Shown here in pieces: positions 6,854-15,547 of a stretch of 56,966 nucleotides of DNA. Position 1 is the first letter of the stretch; the number at the start of each line of letters is the position of its first letter. The position numbers and the translations under genes are program-made. Source of the DNA: a virus; IMG/VR virus record IMGVR_UViG_3300012078_000003; one strand, written 5' to 3'. A model generated the notes under the pieces. That model made no database searches, was not told the origin of the DNA, and was given only the letters and a program-made list of their open reading frames with translations.

Positions 6854-8074
6854 TTAATATTTCAACTTAGAAACACTCGCCTTTTTATCTTCAATATCTA
6901 CTGTATCATATATCTGAGTCGTGGATATACTCTTATGTCTGAGGAGTTCTCGAATATCATCCAGGTCGACTCCGCTTCGCCTTAGATATGTGGCAAACGT
7001 ATGGCGCATTTTATGCGGTGTCAGTCTTGGGATTAAGTCAGGATCAATCTTCTCCCCTATCTTCTTGCTTTCCTCCTCCGCCCTCTCGGTAATTTTACAA
7101 TTCAAATCATCAAAGAATTTATAATATAGTTCATCGTAGGATGCATGTGTGTGATGCTCGTAAATAACATGCGTTTCCCCTAAATCGTCCTTGAATTTTA
7201 CAGGTCGGCTCATAACATATACGCCCGTCTTTGGTATTTTATCCAGCAGCGGATCAAGGGCGGTGTTGTATGTGACTATGCTTTCATCTTCTGATTTGGT
7301 CCCGGGTGTGATCTCGTGTTTAAATACTCCAGGCTTTTCTTCTTCCTCAACCAGTGTTAAGGATCGCCGAATGTGAAACGTATGATTTTCTTTGTCACGG
7401 TCAACCCACATAAGCCCAAAGCCCTCACCTGGACGCAGGCCAGAGTAAAGATACAAAGCGATAAACGGTCCGTATTCATGCTCACTTAAATATTTTACAA
7501 TGGCGGACATATGATTGCGCTTAAATACGGATGGAGCCTTTGGTGATTTCGGCGGAAGTTCAATTCCAACAACTGGATTCTGCTTACATAATCGGTTTTC
7601 GATGGCAGTTTTGAAGATTCCCTCAAGCGCCCATAATAGTTTTTCTGCGGATGACCGGGACAGTGGCTTTCCTTCTGGATATTTTCTATTAGGTTTTGTT
7701 TTGGAATCTCTAAAAAGTTTTTTGATGTGTGCCGGCCGTACATCGTTGAGTTTCAATTTACCGATTTCTGGATTAATATGACGCGAAATATACATCTTAT
7801 AATCTTTGTACGCGCCGGCCGATTTTCCTGGTTCTGGTTTTTTGTATAACTCAACCCAATGCTCGGCCCATTGCGTGACGGTTTTGACTTTCTCGATTGT
7901 AACCTTATGTTCCGAGGCCAACCACTCCTTATGCGCCTTTCTACAGGCCGTAGGCGACGACGCGGTAAATGACTTGCGAACGGTTACGCCGTCGATTTCG
8001 TCCACTGTGCGCAGCCGGTAACTGCCGCTTGGAAGTTTCGTTATAGTTCCCTCGCCGTTTGCTTTGCGTCCCAT
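6854..8074 (-). CDS. int: Tyrosine integrase
   Basis: C-terminal HKMRHTFATYL...LLRHKSISTTQIYD (R-H-R-Y catalytic pattern). Adjacent to attP. Confidence 0.93.
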   Translation of the reverse strand: MGRKANGEGTITKLPSGSYRLRTVDEIDGVTVRKSFTASSPTACRKAHKEWLASEHKVTIEKVKTVTQWAEHWVELYKKPEPGKSAGAYKDYKMYISRHINPEIGKLKLNDVRPAHIKKLFRDSKTKPNRKYPEGKPLSRSSAEKLLWALEGIFKTAIENRLCKQNPVVGIELPPKSPKAPSVFKRNHMSAIVKYLSEHEYGPFIALYLYSGLRPGEGFGLMWVDRDKENHTFHIRRSLTLVEEEEKPGVFKHEITPGTKSEDESIVTYNTALDPLLDKIPKTGVYVMSRPVKFKDDLGETHVIYEHHTHASYDELYYKFFDDLNCKITERAEEESKKIGEKIDPDLIPRLTPHKMRHTFATYLRRSGVDLDDIRELLRHKSISTTQIYDTVDIEDKKASVSKLKY

Positions 8075-8206
8075 GTTTGCCCCTCCTCGCTTCGACAGTT
8101 TTCAACTTCTCCACAAAATGCAATTGCTATATAAAAATAATGCGCAAATATTACTTGCGATTTGGTTATTCTGCGGATTGATATTTAAGAACATTTGTTT
8201 TATAAT

Positions 8207-8560
8207 TCATCTATTGGAAAATGTTTCATCTGGCCGTTCCTTGTATTTCTCCAAGAGTCCCAAAATCTTATCTACGGTATCTATATCCTCATCCGTGAAG
8301 CTGCGTTCAAATTTTTCAATCATATATTGTTTCAAATATTCGCTGAAAGTCAAATTCGCGGGATTTCGATTATTGGAATACCCTATAAGATAATCTATAC
8401 TCACGTTAAAATATTGAGCAAGTTTTGTCAGCATTTCAATATCGGGTTGCACCGTTCCGTTTTCCCATTTCGATACCATTCCTTGGTTAACATTCATTGC
8501 CATAGCGATTTCATCCTGAATTTCCCGGCGCTCTTCGCGCAATTCCTTAATTCTAATCAT
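8207..8560 (-). CDS. XRE-family HTH repressor-like protein
   Basis: GAAAGGGGTG SD then ATG 8560. IRIKELREERREIQDEIAMAMNVNQGMVSKWENG. Confidence 0.8.
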   Translation of the reverse strand: MIRIKELREERREIQDEIAMAMNVNQGMVSKWENGTVQPDIEMLTKLAQYFNVSIDYLIGYSNNRNPANLTFSEYLKQYMIEKFERSFTDEDIDTVDKILGLLEKYKERPDETFSNR

Positions 8561-8777
8561 ATTTACACCCCTTTCCAACCAGTATAGAAAAGTCGGATAG
8601 GGCGTTTCCACAAATAATCAAAATAGGAATTATATATTAATTTATCATTCAGTATGTGAATATTAAGTTATCATTAATTACTCCATAATATTCCATTAAT
8701 TTACAATATTTACAATACAAATATGATAAAGTGTATAACAAATCCGATATTGGACGATAGCCATGGGCATACATAAA

Positions 8778-9008
8778 ATGAAAGAAGTGGACAACATGAA
8801 CGACGTAAAGACACATTCTGGGGCGGTTTCCGTCTTAAATGAAGAGGAGGATTTGGTACAATCTAGGGGAAATTCGGATATAAAGCACACCAAAAAAGAA
8901 ATTATACAATGCGCTATTCGCCAAAACTTTACGCAGGCAGAATGGGAACGCAGAAAAGTAGTTCTATATATCGCTCTCCAAAACTGCCTTTGCAAGTTTG
9001 ACGATTAA
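8778..9008 (+). CDS. Doubtful small ORF in an AT-rich spacer
   Basis: Track ORF 8763-9008 with no good SD. Its 3' end is the antisense shadow of 8964-9308. Confidence 0.25.
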   Translation: MKEVDNMNDVKTHSGAVSVLNEEEDLVQSRGNSDIKHTKKEIIQCAIRQNFTQAEWERRKVVLYIALQNCLCKFDD

Positions 9009-9308
9009 ATCAAGTTTGCCTTTGGGTATTTCTCCATACTGATTATATAATGCATCAAACATATTATTAATGTCGCTCTCGATTTCTTCGGGGGCGACTT
9101 TTTCATTTGCATATGGTTCTGATATCGCGTCAACGGGATATCCTAGGCAGTTAACTATCGCTTGAACTGTGGCATATGCTGGATTTTTTGTTTGCCCTGA
9201 AAATAATTTATCTACTGTGCTCTTGGGTATTCCAGACATATTAGCTATTTCCTCATTTGTCTTACCGGACGCCTTTTTTATTTGGTTTAAACGTTCCAGC
9301 CAATTCAT
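8964..9308 (-). CDS. XRE-family HTH repressor (CI candidate, adjacent to the switch)
   Basis: AGGAGG SD 8 nt before ATG 9308. NEEIANMSGIPKSTVDKLFSGQTKNP. Confidence 0.85.
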   Translation of the reverse strand: MNWLERLNQIKKASGKTNEEIANMSGIPKSTVDKLFSGQTKNPAYATVQAIVNCLGYPVDAISEPYANEKVAPEEIESDINNMFDALYNQYGEIPKGKLDLIVKLAKAVLESDI

Positions 9309-9330
9309 AGTTAGCACCTCCTTTTCCTAC

Positions 9331-9454
9331 ATTGTACCCTAATGTGGAGATTCTGTCAATAAACAAATTTCCAAAAATGGCAATTATCTTTCAAAAAACC
9401 CTTGACAATATCCATATATGGAAGTAGAATAAGAGTAAGATATCCAAATATGGA
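9331..9454. promoter_or_regulatory. Lysis-lysogeny switch: divergent promoters with three TCCAnAnATGG operators
   Basis: Leftward TTGACA-17-TACAAT (9359-9331). Rightward TTGACA-17-TAGAAT (9402-9430). Operators at 9370-9381, 9411-9422 (perfect TCCATATATGGA) and 9443-9454. Confidence 0.75.
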
Positions 9455-9471
9455 AGTGAGGTGCAAGCATA

Positions 9472-9684
9472 ATGCGAAATCTTGAAGCGGAAATGAGGCG
9501 GAGCGGCATCCGATCGGAGGATATCAAAAATCTTTTGAATTGTTCCGACAGAACCGCAAGAAATAAGATCAAGGGGGTTACTCCGTTTACTTTTCCAGAG
9601 GCTGAGATTGTAAGGAATCATTTTTTTCCAGGTCTTTTGATGGAATATCTATTCGCGGCAGATAACAACAATCAAGCCAGCTAG
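9472..9684 (+). CDS. Cro-like early regulator
   Basis: First rightward gene. MRNLEAEMRRSGIRSEDIKNLLNCSDRTARNKIKG pattern of Clostridial phage Cro-like proteins. Confidence 0.75.
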   Translation: MRNLEAEMRRSGIRSEDIKNLLNCSDRTARNKIKGVTPFTFPEAEIVRNHFFPGLLMEYLFAADNNNQAS

Positions 9685-9694
9685 GAGGCCCGCC

Positions 9695-9826
9695 ATGCAA
9701 AAGCTAACCCCGGCCCAACAAGAGATATTCGAAATGCTTTGCCAATGCAAGAATTTTGAACCGAATCCGTATTTTCTTGTGGATGAAGAACTGGATGAAA
9801 GGTTCAATGAAGTACAGGCCAGTTAG
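9695..9826 (+). CDS. Small acidic protein (43 aa), possible antitoxin partner
   Basis: AGGAGG SD then ATG 9695. Ends 9 nt before the MazF-like start. Confidence 0.5.
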   Translation: MQKLTPAQQEIFEMLCQCKNFEPNPYFLVDEELDERFNEVQAS

Positions 9827-9835
9827 GAGGTACGT

Positions 9836-10906
9836 ATGCCAGACATAAGGCGCGGCGACATTTATTACATACGCAGCGACTACCCGCCCACCGGCAGCGA
9901 ACAGGGAGCCAACAGGCCGGGCGTTATCGTCTCAAATGATATGTGTAATAAGTATTCTCCCGTTGCCAGCATTGTATATCTGACTACTCGCAAGGCGAAT
10001 AAACCATTGCCTACCCATGTGCATATAAGATGTACGCACCCATCCATAGCCTTATGCGAACAGGTGCATTCTGTATCTAAGGAGCGTCTTGAAGGCTATA
10101 TGGGACATATCACGGAACAGGAAAAGCGCGAGATTGACGAAGCCTTGAAGGTTTCGCTGGCGATTAAAGATGAAGGGGTGGTGCAGATGAGCGAGTTGGC
10201 AATTATCAACAAAGACGGAATCCTTACAATCGACAGCCGAGAAGTGGCCGAGATGGTAGGCAAGGAGCATTTTTCACTTATGCGCGATATACGAACCTAT
10301 TGCGGATATTTAGGAAAATCCAAAACTGTATGCTCCGAGTTTTTTATCGAAAGCGAATACAGGAGCGAGCAAAACAAAACTATGCCTTGCTATCTTATCA
10401 CCCGAAAAGGCTGTGACATGGTTGCCAATAAGATGACTGGTGAAAGAGGCATATTATTCACCGCAACCTATGTCAACAGGTTCCATGAAATGGAACAGCG
10501 CCTTTCAACTCCACAGTTGCCGCAAAATTACCTTGAAGCTCTCAAAGCCCTTGTTGCCAGCGAGGAAGAAAAGCAAGCCTTGCAGACTGAAAATCAAAAT
10601 ATGCTCCCAAAGGCTGCGTTTTTCGATGCAGTGGCCAATAGCAAGGACGCTATCGAAATGGCAGCAGTGGCAAAGGTTCTGGCGATTCCGGGATATGGTC
10701 GTAACAATCTATTTGAATTCCTGCGCAATCATAAGGTGTTGCAAGAAAACAATCAGCCGTATCAAAGACACATAGATGCAGGAAGATTCCGGCTTGTAGA
10801 GCAGAAATACAATAAGCCTGATGGCAGCACTCACATAAGCATAAAAACGCTTGTCTATCAAAAGGGTGTAGATTATATCAGACGGCTGGTGACGCAAGCC
10901 AGTTAA
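9836..10906 (+). CDS. Fusion ORF: MazF/PemK-like toxin domain + Rha + KilAC (antirepressor) domains
   Basis: RGDIYYI..GSEQGANRPGVIVSND..LPTHV..ALCEQVHSVSKERL (MazF), then DSREVAEMVGKEHFSLMRDI (Rha), then LPQNYLEALKAL...PKAAFFDAV (KilAC). Internal SD + ATG at 10187. Confidence 0.85.
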   Translation: MPDIRRGDIYYIRSDYPPTGSEQGANRPGVIVSNDMCNKYSPVASIVYLTTRKANKPLPTHVHIRCTHPSIALCEQVHSVSKERLEGYMGHITEQEKREIDEALKVSLAIKDEGVVQMSELAIINKDGILTIDSREVAEMVGKEHFSLMRDIRTYCGYLGKSKTVCSEFFIESEYRSEQNKTMPCYLITRKGCDMVANKMTGERGILFTATYVNRFHEMEQRLSTPQLPQNYLEALKALVASEEEKQALQTENQNMLPKAAFFDAVANSKDAIEMAAVAKVLAIPGYGRNNLFEFLRNHKVLQENNQPYQRHIDAGRFRLVEQKYNKPDGSTHISIKTLVYQKGVDYIRRLVTQAS

Positions 10907-10941
10907 CAATAAAGCCGATCCGGCGGCGGGAGGGAGGATAT

Positions 10942-11043
10942 ATGAAGCTTGGCAAAGAAGACAAGAAAATTATTTATCAAAGTGCAATTACCACCGTGAT
11001 ATTCAATCTATTGATTGATTTGTTGAAATATCTGCTGGGCTAA
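10942..11043 (+). CDS. Tiny hydrophobic ORF (33 aa)
   Basis: GGGAGGGAGG SD then ATG. Convergent overlap with 11008-11451. Confidence 0.3.
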   Translation: MKLGKEDKKIIYQSAITTVIFNLLIDLLKYLLG

Positions 11044-11451
11044 ATTCAGCAATATTGGCCCTAACCATTTCATGAGCGCTATTGCAATATTCGCGATTAT
11101 GGAGACTGTAATTGGAGCCACCATCCGATTCCTCCATCCGCGACGTTCTCTGGCCTTGTAGTCTTGCAATAATTTCTTCCCCGGACCAATAAGATAATAT
11201 TTCCCAGTTGGCTTTGATCCGGTGGAACCATCTTTATTCGTGAACGCCTCTGCTTTTTCTCCGATTATGCTCCTGATTCGAGAAAGCCGGATAATGTAAG
11301 TATTATCATTATTAAATTGTTTTAAGATTTGTTCTTTGGTTACGGATTCATATTGCCCTATGAAATCAATCAATTTCCAGTCCAATATTTCAAAATCTTC
11401 AACCTTAGACGCTGGTAACTTATTAATAGTATCGAATTTAGCTAACATCAT
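11008..11451 (-). CDS. Antisense-oriented protein, wHTH-like N-terminus + C-terminal TM
   Basis: GGGAGGG SD. A+T-rich. C-terminal MVAPITVSIIANIAIALMKWLGPILL. Confidence 0.7.
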   Translation of the reverse strand: MMLAKFDTINKLPASKVEDFEILDWKLIDFIGQYESVTKEQILKQFNNDNTYIIRLSRIRSIIGEKAEAFTNKDGSTGSKPTGKYYLIGPGKKLLQDYKARERRGWRNRMVAPITVSIIANIAIALMKWLGPILLNLAQQIFQQINQ

Positions 11452-11500
11452 ATTCCCTCCCTTTAGGGAGATTATACCAAATCAAAGGGGTGAAGTATAT

Positions 11501-11659
11501 ATGCTCAAAAAAATCGGATTATCGATTTTGGTGCTGGTTGGGTTTTGGGGGTTGATAGCATTAGGAATATTCGGGCTCTTATATCAACCAGTCTTAACAC
11601 TTTCCGTTCTTTCGATCATAGTATCTGCGTCAATGGTCGCACCGATATTTTATAAATAA
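11501..11659 (+). CDS. Small membrane protein (52 aa, two TM)
   Basis: AAGGGG SD. MLKKIGLSILVLVGFWGLIALGIFGLL... Confidence 0.55.
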   Translation: MLKKIGLSILVLVGFWGLIALGIFGLLYQPVLTLSVLSIIVSASMVAPIFYK

Positions 11660-11777
11660 AAAGGGAATCCCGCTGCTTGACCGGCCACGGGAAACCCTAT
11701 GCGGACGCAACAACACCACTGCTGCGCCCATGTCATTATAGCATGGGTACGGCTCCAACACAAGGAGGTAATTGCCC

Positions 11778-11939
11778 ATGAACACACTGCAGCTAATAAT
11801 CATCTGCGCAACGATCATCGGCGGCTTATCAATCATCTGCTACACAATCAGCTATTTACTGACAAGCGAAACGGTAATCAAGGCTATTAAACAAACGATT
11901 CGGGAAATCGCTGTTTATGATTTTCCGAAAGCAAGTTAG
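11778..11939 (+). CDS. Small membrane protein (53 aa)
   Basis: AAGGAGG SD. MNTLQLIIICATIIGGLSIICYTISYLL. Confidence 0.55.
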   Translation: MNTLQLIIICATIIGGLSIICYTISYLLTSETVIKAIKQTIREIAVYDFPKAS

Positions 11940-11951
11940 GAGGTGCAATAT

Positions 11952-12176
11952 ATGCCAAGAAAACCAACGCCGCCGGAAATGATTAACACCGTTGAGATCG
12001 GCAAGCGTATGGGAATGGCGACGGAAACAGTAAATGAGCTTTTACGGCACAAGCAATTTCCTGTCGGCTTTGCCTATCAAACACCTACCGGTAGATGGGC
12101 ATATAAGATTCCGCGTGAAGCATTTGAAAAGTATTTACGCGGCGAATTGACAGAAATAGTAGGGGAGGGAGCCTGA
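11952..12176 (+). CDS. Excisionase-like HTH protein
   Basis: AGGAGG SD. VEIGKRMGMATETVNELLRHKQFP...IPREAFEKYL. Confidence 0.65.
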   Translation: MPRKPTPPEMINTVEIGKRMGMATETVNELLRHKQFPVGFAYQTPTGRWAYKIPREAFEKYLRGELTEIVGEGA

Positions 12177-12178
12177 CA

Positions 12179-12409
12179 ATGTTATACACCAAATCAGAGG
12201 CGGCAACACAATTCCATGTAAGCGAGGATACAATCGAGCGCATGGTGAAGCGCGGAGAGCTGGCTGCAACAAAGATCGGTGCCTGCGTCCGCTTCTCACA
12301 AGATTCCATCGACCAGTGCATCCGGCGGCTCACGGTTTGCCGGACGTGCGGCCGGGACCCAAAAGAGATCATCGGCGCGGAGCTGGCTGCTATGGGCAGG
12401 CAAATCTAA
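12179..12409 (+). CDS. Excisionase-family (HTH_17-like) DNA-binding protein
   Basis: SEAATQFHVSEDTIERMVKRGELAATKIGACVRF. Confidence 0.7.
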   Translation: MLYTKSEAATQFHVSEDTIERMVKRGELAATKIGACVRFSQDSIDQCIRRLTVCRTCGRDPKEIIGAELAAMGRQI

Positions 12410-12422
12410 AGGAGGAGTTACT

Positions 12423-12572
12423 ATGTGCCCAAAATTCAATATCCCACACATTATCGTACTCTACAATCGTGGAAAACTCACCGGAAAAGATGATCCACAT
12501 TTCTACAAATGGGGATTCAAAGTAATCCGACGCAACAGTAAGGTTGTGGATATTGTGCCGGATATTACATAA
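12423..12572 (+). CDS. Hypothetical protein (49 aa)
   Basis: AAGGAGGAG SD then ATG 12423. Confidence 0.5.
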   Translation: MCPKFNIPHIIVLYNRGKLTGKDDPHFYKWGFKVIRRNSKVVDIVPDIT

Positions 12573-12587
12573 AAAGGATGATTAAAT

Positions 12588-13208
12588 TTGCAGCGATTAA
12601 CCCCGCCCCTCCTATCAATAGGCTTCTGCCTGATTACGATTCTATGGGCCGGAGCCAAGATAGACGGGGCAAATACAAGAGCGGACCAGGCAGAAGCGAT
12701 CCAGACGATAACGGAAGCTTCAGAACGTGTTTGGAAAGAGAAATCCGAAAGGCTGGAATCGGAACTGATCGAAATGATACATATGGCTAACCAGATCGGA
12801 GAATGGGAGATTGAAGGTGTACCGCTGTCCAGAGAATTGCAGGAATATACCATCAATACTTGTCTGGAATATGACATCAATCCGGTTATCCTGTTCCGGC
12901 TCATGTATAGGGAAAGCCGATTCGCCGTGGACGCTATCGGCTACAACCGCGATGGCACCCAAGATTACGGCCTTTGTCAACTAAATGATGTTACACTGCC
13001 CTTCCTGCTGGAGAGCGGCATAGACCCCACGGAATCGCCGCAGGAGAATATCAGGGCAGCATGTGAGTTGATTTCCTATTATCGGGATGAGCGCGGGTAT
13101 ACGATGCTGGAGGCGTTGGCCTGTTATGGCGTGGGCGAAGAAGGATTTAAACTCGGCGAGGGACTTGAAGCAGCAGAAAAATTGATTGAAGGGATTGAAT
13201 TGTTATGA
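12588..13208 (+). CDS. Lytic transglycosylase (SLT domain) with N-terminal signal anchor
   Basis: LMYRESRF...DYGLCQLN catalytic-Glu / GLMQ-like motifs. N-terminal LLSIGFCLITILWAGA. Confidence 0.8.
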   Translation: MQRLTPPLLSIGFCLITILWAGAKIDGANTRADQAEAIQTITEASERVWKEKSERLESELIEMIHMANQIGEWEIEGVPLSRELQEYTINTCLEYDINPVILFRLMYRESRFAVDAIGYNRDGTQDYGLCQLNDVTLPFLLESGIDPTESPQENIRAACELISYYRDERGYTMLEALACYGVGEEGFKLGEGLEAAEKLIEGIELL

Positions 13209-13357
13209 GGAAACTTCTACGTCAAATCGCACGGAACAATATGAAAAAGGCCGGAATCCAACGGATGAACAAGCGGCCTATGGTGATAGGTAAAAGCGGA
13301 ATGATGGAACGCGCTGACAGCTTTTTCAGTCAGCATTGGCGGGAATATTGCAAATAA
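13205..13357 (+). CDS. Small basic protein (50 aa)
   Basis: ATGA overlap with the SLT stop. MRKLLRQIARNNMKKAGIQRMNKR... Confidence 0.5.
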   Translation: MRKLLRQIARNNMKKAGIQRMNKRPMVIGKSGMMERADSFFSQHWREYCK

Positions 13358-13410
13358 ACAACCGCCCGCCGTGACAGGATCACGATAGGGCAGATTGAAA
13401 GGAGAAATTC

Positions 13411-13599
13411 ATGTTTAAGAAAGGCGATCGGGTAGTTATTGTAGGCAGCGCGGAGGAAGAAAAGTATAAGGGCTGCATATTTGAAGTTTTGAGCGATCCA
13501 TATAGCATATGCGGCTCCGATGTAGTCAAAATGAAGTGCCACGAAACGGGCAAATATTTTGGCGGTGGATATGCGGTTGAATATCTCATGTATGCGTAA
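13411..13599 (+). CDS. Hypothetical protein (62 aa)
   Basis: AAAGGAG SD. Track ORF. Confidence 0.65.
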   Translation: MFKKGDRVVIVGSAEEEKYKGCIFEVLSDPYSICGSDVVKMKCHETGKYFGGGYAVEYLMYA

Positions 13600-13673
13600 A
13601 AAACGCCGCCCGGTGAAGCAACACCAAGGCGGCAAAGGAAACTATTCATCTTTATTATACATACGGAAAGGTT

Positions 13674-13829
13674 GTGCGTCAAGTGGATTATTTTGAACAA
13701 ATGCGCTTCGATTCCCTTGAACGCGCCTATCTTTATCTGGAACCGCCTGACATTGACGAGGTTTTGCCGTATGACGATTGGTGGTATACGCTGGAGGATT
13801 CGGCAGATTTCAGGGAGGCGATTACTTGA
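13674..13829 (+). CDS. Small acidic ORF (51 aa, GTG start)
   Basis: GGAAAGG SD. The stop overlaps the TTG start of the next gene (TTGA). Confidence 0.4.
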   Translation: MRQVDYFEQMRFDSLERAYLYLEPPDIDEVLPYDDWWYTLEDSADFREAIT

Positions 13830-14428
13830 AAGAAATTCCCGAACTTACTTTTGATGAAGCAAAGCATTATTACCGCGTCAATGGTAAATTCATCTGGTCT
13901 GTTTCGCATTACCTTACGCCGATCAGGAATCAAGTATATGGCGATATTGATCGGGCCGTACTTGATGCGGCGGCGGCGCGGGGAACTGCTATACACTTTG
14001 CGATTGAGCTTTATAACGCCTATGGGGCTATCGAGATTTCAGACGAATACCGGCCCTACCTTAACGCTTATATTGATTGGTTCAAAGAGAAGCAACCCAC
14101 GGATATCTACGAAGAACGGCGCGTTTATCATCCCACATATTGGTACGCAGGAACCGGAGATTTGATTTGCTCCATATCCGGCGAAACGTGGCTGGTGGAC
14201 TACAAGGCCGTTGCGGATTTGAAAAAGTTTCTCATCGCTCCGCAGCTTTCCGCCTATGCCAAAGCGTGGGAGGCGCACGGCGTACAGATCGACCGGGCGG
14301 CGTCCTTGCATCTAAAAAAAGATGGTACATACGCTTTTGACGAATACCCGATACAAGATAGCTTCAACACATTTTTAGAGTGCATGAGCGTACAGAATTA
14401 TATTGATAAAAATACGAGAAAGTGGTGA
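13826..14428 (+). CDS. PD-(D/E)XK family nuclease (phage exonuclease)
   Basis: GTAIHFAIE...GTGDLI...LVDYK...QLSAYA motif order. AGGGAGG SD then TTG 13826. Confidence 0.75.
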   Translation: MKEIPELTFDEAKHYYRVNGKFIWSVSHYLTPIRNQVYGDIDRAVLDAAAARGTAIHFAIELYNAYGAIEISDEYRPYLNAYIDWFKEKQPTDIYEERRVYHPTYWYAGTGDLICSISGETWLVDYKAVADLKKFLIAPQLSAYAKAWEAHGVQIDRAASLHLKKDGTYAFDEYPIQDSFNTFLECMSVQNYIDKNTRKW

Positions 14429-14432
14429 CGGT

Positions 14433-14696
14433 ATGAAAACAATCTATCAAGGCTCTGAATTTAAGGCTTATTATGCCGCAGAAAAAGCTGCGCGGGATAT
14501 GGGCTACACAACTGGAAGCATGGAGCGCGATATGCCGATTGCAGTGTTCAATGCAGACATTGAACACTGTGCTCCGAAATGGCGACACTTGGACGATAGC
14601 GACAAAAAGATATTGTCTGGCGTTATTGAGGGCGAAAAGAGAGACGGGCCGGTCACGCTTACGATTTTTGATGATGCGGACAAAAATCCATTTTAG
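14433..14696 (+). CDS. Hypothetical protein (87 aa)
   Basis: Track ORF, ATG 14433. Confidence 0.65.
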   Translation: MKTIYQGSEFKAYYAAEKAARDMGYTTGSMERDMPIAVFNADIEHCAPKWRHLDDSDKKILSGVIEGEKRDGPVTLTIFDDADKNPF

Positions 14697-14706
14697 GAGG
14701 TAAACC

Positions 14707-15369
14707 ATGAACGCAATAACCGTACAAGAACAGGAATTTACCACGGTGGCGCAGGCCGCAATCGCAACCGCCCACAACCTTGAAATCAAAGGTGAGGATG
14801 ATTTACATATCGCCGCGCAGATTATGAACGGATTTAAGACGGCGCGGCAAAGCATAGGGGATTTTTTTAAGCCCATGAAAGATAGCGCGTTTAAGGCGCA
14901 CCGCGCTATATGCGACAGGGAAAAGGCAATGCTCACGCCCTATGATACCGCCGACAAGTCTATTAAGTCAAAGGTAACAGCTTACAATGCCGAGCAACGC
15001 CGCATTGCCGAGATTGAGGCCGCGAAACTCCGCGCAAAGCAAGATGAAGAAGCGCGGCGGCTCATGGATGAAGCAATTAAAGCAGATTCTGGCGGCGACA
15101 ATGCAGCGGCTGAATCCCTCTTTAAGCAAGCCGCAATCACCGAAACCATCCAGACACCCATACCGCAGACAAAGGTACAGGGCATTTCCTACCGCACAAG
15201 CTACGGCGTGGTTATTGAGGATTTGAACAAGGTTCCTTGTGAGATCGGCGGTGTTGTTATTCGTCCCGTGGATGAATCGGCGGTTAAGAAGTTGGCGCAG
15301 CTTTCTAAAGGCGCTATCTCCATACCGGGGATCAAGATTGTCGTTACGCAGGAAGCGTATTCGAGGTAA
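14707..15369 (+). CDS. Coiled-coil protein of the recombination module (function unknown)
   Basis: AGGAGG SD. Central AEQRRIAEIEAAKLRAKQDEEARR. Confidence 0.7.
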   Translation: MNAITVQEQEFTTVAQAAIATAHNLEIKGEDDLHIAAQIMNGFKTARQSIGDFFKPMKDSAFKAHRAICDREKAMLTPYDTADKSIKSKVTAYNAEQRRIAEIEAAKLRAKQDEEARRLMDEAIKADSGGDNAAAESLFKQAAITETIQTPIPQTKVQGISYRTSYGVVIEDLNKVPCEIGGVVIRPVDESAVKKLAQLSKGAISIPGIKIVVTQEAYSR

Positions 15370-15373
15370 CAAC

Positions 15374-15547
15374 ATGAGTAAGTCAAAACATGGATATGCC
15401 GCTTTCCATTGCCCTTTTAACATCGATACAAAATATATAGCTTGCGAAAACTGCATACGTGAATGTTGGGTAAACCGAATTATTAAAGAGAGGAAGAAAG
15501 ATAATGAACGAAACAATCAATCAAAACAATATGATGGTTGCCTTTGA
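15374..15547 (+). CDS. Small Cys-rich ORF (57 aa)
   Basis: ATG 4 nt after the upstream stop. Overlaps the next gene start, so uncertain. Confidence 0.35.
   Translation: MSKSKHGYAAFHCPFNIDTKYIACENCIRECWVNRIIKERKKDNERNNQSKQYDGCL

Noticed and set aside
14364-15516. Long minus-strand ORFs 14364-14936 (190 aa) and 14968-15516 (182 aa)
   Set aside because: They lie fully antisense to SD-preceded + strand genes of the recombination module. Their sequences are Cys/Phe/Ile-rich and non-protein-like, with no SD.
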